Virus record (IMG/VR): IMGVR_UViG_3300010046_000002
Location: 1-39,113 of that record
Direction: 5' to 3' (one strand)
Length of the DNA stretch: 39,113 bases
Origin: a virus
Part shown: piece by piece, positions 23,874-31,263 of the stretch
Numbering within the stretch: the first letter of the stretch is position 1
How the letters are laid out: each line of letters starts with the position of its first letter
Program-made: the position numbers and the translations under genes
Notes under the pieces: model-generated
Database searches by the model: none
What the model saw: the letters and a program-made list of their open reading frames with translations, nothing else
Told to the model about the DNA's origin: nothing

Positions 23874-25898
23874 ATGCCGGGCGCTCCTGACCGCGAGACG
23901 CCGCTCCCCGTCCGGCGCTTCCAGGGCACCATGCTCGCCATGGACCCCGCGTTCACGCCGCCCGGCTTTCTCGTGCACGCGGAAAACTGGGTACCCGATC
24001 TCACCTATGTCTTGAGCAAGCGCCGCGGGAGTCTCTCGTGGCTCCGGCTCCCGCAACCAGGCCGCTGTGATCCGCTCGTCTACTACACGGCGACCGATGG
24101 CCACCGCTATCTCTACGCGGTGGCTGCAGATCAACTCTACGTGTCGAAGGATGATAGCCCGTTCACTGTCGTCTCAAACGGGGTCTTCCCCTTGACCCGT
24201 GACGCACGCGCCACGGGCACCGACAACCACTACGGGGCCGCCGTCGTCGCCGATACGCTCTACATCGGGAGCGATGTCGATCCGATCAAGGCGGTGCCGC
24301 TCGGGGGCGCTGCGACCGATCTGGTGCCCCTCGCGAATCTCGACGATACCGGGCAGGCAACGACGCTCACCGCCGATGATGCCACGCGCGTGCTCGCCGG
24401 GACGTACAGTTATCGGTGGGGCCTCTTCGACCATGCAACAAGCGTCTGGACGAAGATCGGGCCCGTGCACACGGTGACGACGGGTGGCACGGGCCGACAG
24501 CGCATCGCCTTCACGGCACCGAGCGGGGCACTCTCAGGGCAATTGCTCTATCACCTCTTCTTGGCGGGGGTTGACCAAGAGATTGAAGGCGCACATGACC
24601 AGACGCCCGCCGGCCTCCCCGCCGGCGGGCAATTCGCCTTGTGGGATGACCCGGCCGTCGAATCGGTCGGTGTGCCGACGCCGTCGAGTGTGGTCCGGCG
24701 CGGCTCGCATCTGGTCGCACATCGGGGCCGGCTCTGGGGTGCCGGCGGCCTCGATGCCGCACGCCGGCGGGCGTGGGCGACGAGTGTGCTCGTGCCCGGC
24801 CTTGAGCAAACGCTCTATGAGCAAGGGCTCTTTTTCCCCGCTGCAGCGGTGAGCCCGGACCTCGGCGCCCCGATCACTGGTTTTGCGGTGGCGAGTTTGA
24901 GCTCGACCAATCGGAGCCCGACGTCGCCGCTCGGGATCTTCACCACGACGAGTACGTGGCTGTATTTCGGCGACCCGCTCGACGACCCGCAAAGTGAGCT
25001 CGTGCAGGTCTCGGGCGAGATTGGCTGCCCCGGGGACCGGACCATCGTGGCGACGCCGGTCGGCGTCCTCTTCTGTGGCAAGCGGAGCGTGTATCTCTTG
25101 ACCCCGCAACAAGCTGAGCCGCGCGATGTCGGCTGGCCAATCGAGCCAGCGGTGCGGGCACAACCCGTGCCGTTCCGCACGCGCGCGTGGGCCATCTTTC
25201 ACCGCGGGTTTTACAAGCTCGCGCTTGTACCCGCTGGCGGAAGCGACCCGAGCGAAGAATGGTGGCTCGACCTCCGCCACGGGTTGACCGATCCCCCGCA
25301 ATGGTGGGGGCCCCATACGACGCCGGCGTATACGGCGGCCGCCCGCGCGACCGACCATCCGGACGAGGAAGACCGGGCCTGGGCCGCGCAGGATGGCTCG
25401 AGCACGTTTTTCGTGCTCCTCGATCAGCCCGACGAGTACATGGATCCGATCGGGCCGCGGAGCGGGGGGCAGTGGAACGTCGCGCAATGGGACACCGCCC
25501 AGTGGGCTACCGAAGTCTCCGCGGCGATTGTCTCGCGGCTGCGCACCGCACTCCTCGATGCGCAGCAACCGTTGACCCCGAAGCTTGCCAAGCGGGCCCG
25601 GATCATCGCGCAGACGGTCGATACGACCTCGCTCGGCATCGTCGTGCATTCGGACTATGGCTACGCCGCCTCAGGCACGCTCGTCTTTCCCACCCCACCG
25701 GGGGATGCGTGGGACACCAGCGATTGGAACGTGAGCGACTTTGCCATGCGCTGGACCGTGTTGAGCGAGTTTGAATGCCCCGTGCCAGAGCCCCGCGGCC
25801 GGGCCTTCACGGCGACGTTGACACACGTGGATGCGCTCGCCTGCGATCTCCGCGACTTTGAATTACGCGTGCAGCCGTCGGCGCGGGAGACGCGATAG
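23874..25898 (+). CDS. Large tail/nozzle-like protein (674 aa; tail-tubular-B-like by size, position and beta-rich repeats)
   Basis: Convincing ORF with high GC3 and W/Y/D-rich beta-type composition, located between the adaptor-like gene and the fibres. Confidence 0.5.
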   Translation: MPGAPDRETPLPVRRFQGTMLAMDPAFTPPGFLVHAENWVPDLTYVLSKRRGSLSWLRLPQPGRCDPLVYYTATDGHRYLYAVAADQLYVSKDDSPFTVVSNGVFPLTRDARATGTDNHYGAAVVADTLYIGSDVDPIKAVPLGGAATDLVPLANLDDTGQATTLTADDATRVLAGTYSYRWGLFDHATSVWTKIGPVHTVTTGGTGRQRIAFTAPSGALSGQLLYHLFLAGVDQEIEGAHDQTPAGLPAGGQFALWDDPAVESVGVPTPSSVVRRGSHLVAHRGRLWGAGGLDAARRRAWATSVLVPGLEQTLYEQGLFFPAAAVSPDLGAPITGFAVASLSSTNRSPTSPLGIFTTTSTWLYFGDPLDDPQSELVQVSGEIGCPGDRTIVATPVGVLFCGKRSVYLLTPQQAEPRDVGWPIEPAVRAQPVPFRTRAWAIFHRGFYKLALVPAGGSDPSEEWWLDLRHGLTDPPQWWGPHTTPAYTAAARATDHPDEEDRAWAAQDGSSTFFVLLDQPDEYMDPIGPRSGGQWNVAQWDTAQWATEVSAAIVSRLRTALLDAQQPLTPKLAKRARIIAQTVDTTSLGIVVHSDYGYAASGTLVFPTPPGDAWDTSDWNVSDFAMRWTVLSEFECPVPEPRGRAFTATLTHVDALACDLRDFELRVQPSARETR

Positions 25899-26825
25899 AT
25901 GGCCAAAATCCCCCGCCCGCCGAAGCAGGGCAATACGACGAGCTACGTTGCCAAGGTCGCGGCGGGATATACGAAGATTCTCGCCGGCGAGGTTGATGCC
26001 GATTTTGACACGATTTACAACGCCTGGAATACCGGCACCGATACCGCGAATCTAAAAGACGGTTCGGTCACGAGCGCAAAACTCGCCGCCGACGCGGTCG
26101 GCCCGCGCGAGCTCGCCGACGGCGCGGTGTTTACGGCCCACTTGCAAGACCTTGCGGTGACGACCGCGAAACTCGCAGACGGTGCCGTGACAGACGCCAA
26201 AGTGAGCAACGTGGCGTGGGGGAAGGTGACAGGCGCGCCCACGACATATCCTCCGTCGGGACCGGCGGGTGGGAGTTTAAGCGGGACTTATCCGAATCCC
26301 GGGATCGCGGCGGGCGCCATCACAGCGGCGGCGCTGGCAGCGGATACCATCACGGCCGCGCAGATTGCTCCGAATGCCATTGGGACCTCAGAGCTCGCCG
26401 ACCTAGCGGTGACGCGCGCAAAGCTCGCCCCGAATGCCCCGTGCAGCGCTTCCGTCTCCGTCGCCGTCCCGACCGGCGCGACGATTCCCGCCAATACGGC
26501 CTGGACGACGCTCGCGTCGCTCTCGATCACTACGCGGGGCGGCTCAGTCTTCCTCTTCGCCTCGGCCAACATCTCGGCTACCTGCGCCGGCGCGGGAGCC
26601 AACGTGGGCGTCCGATTGCTCCGCGACGGCACGACCGGGATCGTCGCCGCGGCGCATCTCATCACCGGCGCTGCCTACACTGCGGTCCCCACTCTCGCCT
26701 ACGTCGACCCAGCCGTCGCGCCAGGCGCGCACACCTACGCGCTGCAGTGGACTGCCGAGGCGACCGTTACCGCACAGACCTCGAACGCGGGTGGGGGCGG
26801 GTTTATCGCCATGGAGATTGGATAA
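25899..26825 (+). CDS. Tail fibre protein
   Basis: The N-terminus ...TTSYVAKVAAGYTKILAGEVDADFDTIYNAWN is shared with the next gene. Contains [39 protein letters not shown] and repeated LA.(D/N)A(V/I) heptads. Confidence 0.75.
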   Translation: MAKIPRPPKQGNTTSYVAKVAAGYTKILAGEVDADFDTIYNAWNTGTDTANLKDGSVTSAKLAADAVGPRELADGAVFTAHLQDLAVTTAKLADGAVTDAKVSNVAWGKVTGAPTTYPPSGPAGGSLSGTYPNPGIAAGAITAAALAADTITAAQIAPNAIGTSELADLAVTRAKLAPNAPCSASVSVAVPTGATIPANTAWTTLASLSITTRGGSVFLFASANISATCAGAGANVGVRLLRDGTTGIVAAAHLITGAAYTAVPTLAYVDPAVAPGAHTYALQWTAEATVTAQTSNAGGGGFIAMEIG

Positions 26826-28016
26826 ATGGCGCTCACACGGCCACTCAAAGAGGGCAGCGTCACCACCTACCAAGCAAAGGTGGGGCTCGGATTCAAGGAT
26901 ATTCTCGCGAGCGAGGCAGATGGCGACCACGACACGATGTATGCCGCATGGAATGGCGCGCTCGGCGGGGACCTGAGCGGGAACCTGCCGAATCCGACGG
27001 TGGTCGCGGCGGCGAAATCCAAGTGGACGGTGTCGGGCGCGACGCTGACACCGACCGATGCGACGAAGACAGTGAGCGTGCCAGGCGGGGCAGCGGCGGC
27101 AGGGACCGCGTACATCATCCTCGGCAGTAACACCGCGAAGGCCCGCCTTCAAAGCAGCAATACGACGACGCCCGCGTGGCTCGCCCTCACGACCAATCGT
27201 GACAACGTGGCGAGCACGCAGGACGACGCGACCAAACCATCATGGCAGCTCACGTTAAACTCCAGCACAGACCTGGCCGCGATTGCGCGCCAGCCGGCCG
27301 GCGGCGCGCTCGCGACGCTGTTCACGCTCGACAACACGGGCGGCCTGACGCTCCAAGCGGTTGATGGGAGCGCCGGTCAGGTCTTCGTGCGCGGTGGGGG
27401 CGCTGGCAATCCGACAGCGCTCCGGGGATATAGCTATCGCGGAACCACGGCAGCGCCGACGCCGACGCTCGCGAACGACGTCCTTAGTCAGTGGAGTGGC
27501 CTCGGATGCTACTCTGCAGGGAACAATTTCACAGAGCAGGCGATCATCCGGACGATTGCGATTGAGAACTGGTCTGGGACCGGACGCGGTGCGCAGTGGA
27601 CCTTGTACACGACGCCCGCCGGGACCACGTCCGCCTCGTCCTATATGACGCTTGATGGGAACGGGAATCTCACCATCAGCGGCCCGACGGGCGTGAAGCA
27701 GACCGGCACGACTTGGGTGAATCCCTCCGACCCGAGATTGAAGCAGGACGTGGCCCCCTACGCCGCCGGGCTCGCAGAGATTATCGAGCTTGAACCGATC
27801 ACCTACCGGCTGAAAGCACAGCCGGATGGCCCACTGTGTTACGGGTTCGATGCCGCGAAAGTCCGCGACGTGTTCCCCGAATGCGTCAGCGAGACGCGCA
27901 TGAAGCTCGACCCGGCGGACGAAGAGGACACGGACGGCGTGCTCACCTTCGATATGCACCCGATCCTCGTCGCGCTCATCAACGCCGTGAAGGAACTGGC
28001 GCAGAAGGTCCCCTGA
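26826..28016 (+). CDS. Tail fibre/spike with a C-terminal intramolecular-chaperone (peptidase S74) domain
   Basis: N-terminus ...VTTYQAKVGLGFKDILASEADGDHDTMYAAWN, then GGDLSGNLPNPTV. C-terminus NPSDPRLKQDVAPYAAGLAEIIELEPITYRLK...DMHPILVALINAVKELAQKV. Confidence 0.8.
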   Translation: MALTRPLKEGSVTTYQAKVGLGFKDILASEADGDHDTMYAAWNGALGGDLSGNLPNPTVVAAAKSKWTVSGATLTPTDATKTVSVPGGAAAAGTAYIILGSNTAKARLQSSNTTTPAWLALTTNRDNVASTQDDATKPSWQLTLNSSTDLAAIARQPAGGALATLFTLDNTGGLTLQAVDGSAGQVFVRGGGAGNPTALRGYSYRGTTAAPTPTLANDVLSQWSGLGCYSAGNNFTEQAIIRTIAIENWSGTGRGAQWTLYTTPAGTTSASSYMTLDGNGNLTISGPTGVKQTGTTWVNPSDPRLKQDVAPYAAGLAEIIELEPITYRLKAQPDGPLCYGFDAAKVRDVFPECVSETRMKLDPADEEDTDGVLTFDMHPILVALINAVKELAQKVP

Positions 28017-28219
28017 TGTCGCACGTGATTGAGGCCAAGATCCAGCAGCATCGCGCCGAGCTTACGCGGCAACGCGGCCGCTTGGCCGAGCTCCGCCGCG
28101 GCGTCGCCGAGGCGCGCGCCATGTGCGCCCGGCTCGAGGGTGCCGTGCTCGCGCTCGAGGAGCTCAGCGCCGCCCCGGCCACCGACACGGATGGGGCCGG
28201 TGAGGACGCCACGCCATGA
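28016..28219 (+). CDS. Small helical protein with an acidic tail (67 aa)
   Basis: MSHVIEAKIQQHRAELTRQRGRLAELRRGVAEARAMCARLEGAVLALEELSAAP...; the ATG overlaps the fibre TGA, and its own TGA overlaps the GNAT-1 ATG. Confidence 0.5.
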   Translation: MSHVIEAKIQQHRAELTRQRGRLAELRRGVAEARAMCARLEGAVLALEELSAAPATDTDGAGEDATP

Positions 28220-28833
28220 CGGTCCGCCCCGCCGTCTTTGCCGACGTGCCCGGCCTCCGCCGCCTCTATGCGGCGCTCCAGGCCGAACTCGCGACGGCGT
28301 ACCCCGTGCCCTATCCCGGGCACGCGTCTGAGGATCTGGACAGCTTTACCCTCTTGGCCGCCCGCCGCCTCGAGCAGGATCCGACGTTGCTTTTCTACGT
28401 CGCCGTGGATGACGACACGGGCGAGCTCGTCGGCTTTCTCGGGGGCGAGATCTCGGAACGCGCAATCGGCGAGCCGCGTGTCTTTGGGGCCGCGCATTGG
28501 CTCTACATCGTGCCCGATGCGCGGGGCCGCGGCCTCGCCCGCGCGCTCGCCGCGCGTGGGGTTGCCGACTTGGAGGCGCTCGGCGTGACGCACGTCGAGA
28601 TCGGCGCCATTGCCGGCGATACGCAGTGGGCGACCCGCGGCTGGCTCCCCTATCTCGTCCACCATGTGCTGCCGCTCGAGGCCGTTCGGGCCGGTGTCGC
28701 CGAGCGCCCCGCCGTCGCTCAACCCACCTCGGCGGCCCCGACGGCACCGGCCCCAGTGCCACCACCACCGCGGAAGCGGCGGCGGCGGCGCACGGCCCCG
28801 CGGCCGAAGCTGGTTGCCGGGGGCCGCGCATGA
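28216..28833 (+). CDS. GNAT N-acetyltransferase 1 with a Pro-rich/polybasic C-terminal tail
   Basis: ...LLFYVAVDDDTGELVGFLGGEIS...HWLYIVPDARGRGLARALAARGVADLEALGVTHVEI...; tail PAPVPPPPRKRRRRRTAPRPK. Confidence 0.75.
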   Translation: MTVRPAVFADVPGLRRLYAALQAELATAYPVPYPGHASEDLDSFTLLAARRLEQDPTLLFYVAVDDDTGELVGFLGGEISERAIGEPRVFGAAHWLYIVPDARGRGLARALAARGVADLEALGVTHVEIGAIAGDTQWATRGWLPYLVHHVLPLEAVRAGVAERPAVAQPTSAAPTAPAPVPPPPRKRRRRRTAPRPKLVAGGRA

Positions 28834-29345
28834 CGCTCGTGGTGCGCACCGCCGAGCCGGGCGACCGCCACGGGCTCGAGCTCCTCTTGGCCGCCCTCAT
28901 GCGGGAGCATCAACGCAGCTATCCCGCTGCCTATCCGGTCATGCCGCCCGAGGAAGCGGCGGCGCTTTATGCCGCCTCCTACGCGGCGCGCCTAGGAGAA
29001 GATCCACGCCTCGTCGCCGTGCTGGCCGCCGACCGCGCGCCCGTGGGGTGTCTGGTGGGGGAAGTGAGCACGCGCACCGTCGGCCGGCCGGCGACGGTTT
29101 GTTTCGTTGAATGGTTCTATGTCGAGCCCGAATCGCGAGGGCTCGGAATCGGGCGCGCCCTCGTCCGGGCGGGGCTGACGATTCTTGAGGCCCACGGCGT
29201 GACGCACGTCGAGTGCCGCAGCGTGCCCGGCGATCGGCAATGGCAGCGGCGGGGCTGGCAGGAAACGGCGCGGTATTATGTCGCACCCATGATGCAGGTG
29301 ACGGCATGGGCCGGCCTCGAGGAGAGCGGTAATGGTTCCGCATGA
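28830..29345 (+). CDS. GNAT N-acetyltransferase 2 (paralogue of the preceding gene)
   Basis: ...VAVLAADRAPVGCLVGEVS...EWFYVEPESRGLGIGRALVRAGLTILEAHGVTHVEC...GDRQWQRRGW; ATGA overlap. Confidence 0.8.
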   Translation: MTLVVRTAEPGDRHGLELLLAALMREHQRSYPAAYPVMPPEEAAALYAASYAARLGEDPRLVAVLAADRAPVGCLVGEVSTRTVGRPATVCFVEWFYVEPESRGLGIGRALVRAGLTILEAHGVTHVECRSVPGDRQWQRRGWQETARYYVAPMMQVTAWAGLEESGNGSA

Positions 29346-30660
29346 TAGCCGCCGCTACCATCGCGTGCGGCCGCCGACCTTTACGCGGGCGTATGGCAGT
29401 CAGTCCTCCACGCCGCAGGTGGTGTCGCCGTATGGCGGCTTTCCGATGCAAATGGCCGGGCGCATCAGTCGCCAACAGCTCTCGCCGCTCCTCCTCGGGC
29501 TCGGGACGGGTCAGGGCCGGCCGTATCAAAAGCTGATGGCCGACATTCAAAGCGGCCGCGCCCCGGGGCCGCTCGGCGCAGCGATCCAGCAAGTGCAGCA
29601 ATTTGCGCCCGGCGTGATCGGCGGCGCGCAGGGCATCGGGCAGCAGCTCTCGCAGCAGGGGCAGCAAGCCGTGCAAGGCTTGCAGCAAGCGATTGCGGCG
29701 GCGCAGGCGGGCATGCCGCAGTATCAGCAAGGGGTCAACCAAGCGTTCCAGGCCGATGTCGGCGCGCTTGGGCAAGCGCAGAACCTCTATGGCCAAGCCG
29801 CCGGCATGCTCCCCGGGCTGCAGAATATCGCCGGGCAAGGCACGCAAGGGGCGCAGCAAGCCTTGGCCGCAGCGCAGGGCTACATGACCGGGCCCCAGAT
29901 GCAGGCCGCGCAGGCGCAGCTCGCCCGGGCGCAGGGGCTCTTGCAGGGCGGGGCCGCCGAGACCGGGGCCGGGCAAGCGTTAAACCTCGCGCAACGCTAC
30001 GCGCAGCAAGCCGCCTCCCCGATTGCGCAGGAGGACCTCTACCAGATGGCTGCCCGCCGGGCGTTGGCGCAGGTCCGCCCGGGGCTCGCCGCCCGGGGCC
30101 TTGAGGCCGGCGGCGCCGGCGCGCAAGCCGAGGCCGAGGTGTCCCGCGATCTTGCGTACCAGTTTGCTCAAAATCAAGCGGCGCAGCGGCAAGCGACGTT
30201 GCAGGGATTGACCGGGGCCGCTGGCGGGCTCGGCAACATCCAATCGCAAGCCCAGCAGAACGTCGGGGCCGCGGCGTCGGGGCTCGGCAATCTGCAAGCA
30301 CAAGGCTTGCAAGGTCTCCAAGCAGCAAGTCAGGGCGTCCAGCAAGCGGCCACCGGGCAAGCTGCCCTCGGACAGTCTATGATCCCGTATTTGCAGGCGA
30401 TTCAGCAAGGGGCGCAGAACGTCGGGGGGGCCGCGCAGCAAGGCGCCGGCATGCTGATGACGGGTCCCGAGCTCGCCGGCCAGCAAGCCGCTGCGGTCAA
30501 CCAGCTCGGGCAAGCTCTCATGCAGCAATACAATCTTCCGATGCAATCAGCGGGCAACCTGATGAATTTGCTTACGGCCGGCATGACACCGGGCTTGCAG
30601 ATGCTCCAGGCGACTGCGCCGACGACGGCGCAGTCCAGCAAACAATCAAACATCCTATGA
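29332..30660 (+). CDS. Gln/Ala/Gly-rich internal virion (ejection) protein
   Basis: 442 aa of low-complexity QQA/GQA repeats, placed with the other internal proteins. N-terminal leader MVPHDSRRYHRVRPPTFTRAYG. Confidence 0.55.
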   Translation: MVPHDSRRYHRVRPPTFTRAYGSQSSTPQVVSPYGGFPMQMAGRISRQQLSPLLLGLGTGQGRPYQKLMADIQSGRAPGPLGAAIQQVQQFAPGVIGGAQGIGQQLSQQGQQAVQGLQQAIAAAQAGMPQYQQGVNQAFQADVGALGQAQNLYGQAAGMLPGLQNIAGQGTQGAQQALAAAQGYMTGPQMQAAQAQLARAQGLLQGGAAETGAGQALNLAQRYAQQAASPIAQEDLYQMAARRALAQVRPGLAARGLEAGGAGAQAEAEVSRDLAYQFAQNQAAQRQATLQGLTGAAGGLGNIQSQAQQNVGAAASGLGNLQAQGLQGLQAASQGVQQAATGQAALGQSMIPYLQAIQQGAQNVGGAAQQGAGMLMTGPELAGQQAAAVNQLGQALMQQYNLPMQSAGNLMNLLTAGMTPGLQMLQATAPTTAQSSKQSNIL

Positions 30661-31262
30661 CACACGATAGCCGTCGCTACCATCGTCGTCGTGGTCCCAC
30701 TGTCGCGCGCGCGTACGGCATGCTCGGCGCGCTTGGCGGGGCCGCCGAGACCGCGGGCTCGGCACTTGGGAGCGCTGCGAGCGCCGTTGGCAGCGGGCTC
30801 GAGAGTGCCGCCGGCTCGGCGCTCGGGGGCGCTGGCAAGACCGCGCTCTCGGGGCTCGAGAGTGTCGGCACGGGCATCAAGTCACTGTTTACCGCGCCGA
30901 CGAGCGAAGCCGGCTATCTGCAAAGCCTCGGGCAAACAGTGCCCCAAGGGGTGGAGCTCGCGGGCCCGAGCTCGACGTTTACCGGCCCCGGGTTTCTCTC
31001 GAGCGTGGCGCAGGGCTTTGCGCATGGCCCACAGCAATTCGCCAACGCGAGCGCGGGAACGAGTCTCGGGCAAGGGGTTGGCGGCCTGCTCAATTTTCTC
31101 GACCAGCTGAACGCACAACGGCAAGGCGGCATGTCGCTGCAGCCGATCATCGGCGGCCTCACCGGCCCGGTCCAGCGCCCGAAGTATCTCCCTGACCAGA
31201 CGCCGCCGATGGGGCCGGGGCCGATCATGGGCATGATTGGGCAGCTCTTTAAGGGCTTCTAG
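30657..31262 (+). CDS. Gly/Ala/Ser-rich internal virion protein
   Basis: ATGA overlap. N-terminal leader MTHDSRRYHRRRGPTVARAYG, then GALGGAAETAGSALGSAASAVGSGLESAAGSALGGAG... Confidence 0.5.
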   Translation: MTHDSRRYHRRRGPTVARAYGMLGALGGAAETAGSALGSAASAVGSGLESAAGSALGGAGKTALSGLESVGTGIKSLFTAPTSEAGYLQSLGQTVPQGVELAGPSSTFTGPGFLSSVAQGFAHGPQQFANASAGTSLGQGVGGLLNFLDQLNAQRQGGMSLQPIIGGLTGPVQRPKYLPDQTPPMGPGPIMGMIGQLFKGF

Positions 31263-31263
31263 G

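Noticed and set aside
28016-29345. Calling the GNAT cassette a TacT/AtaT-type toxin-antitoxin system
   Set aside because: The upstream 67-aa protein is a plain helical/coiled-coil peptide with no recognisable RHH/DUF1778 antitoxin pattern. There are also two GNATs, not one. This is left as one of several hypotheses.
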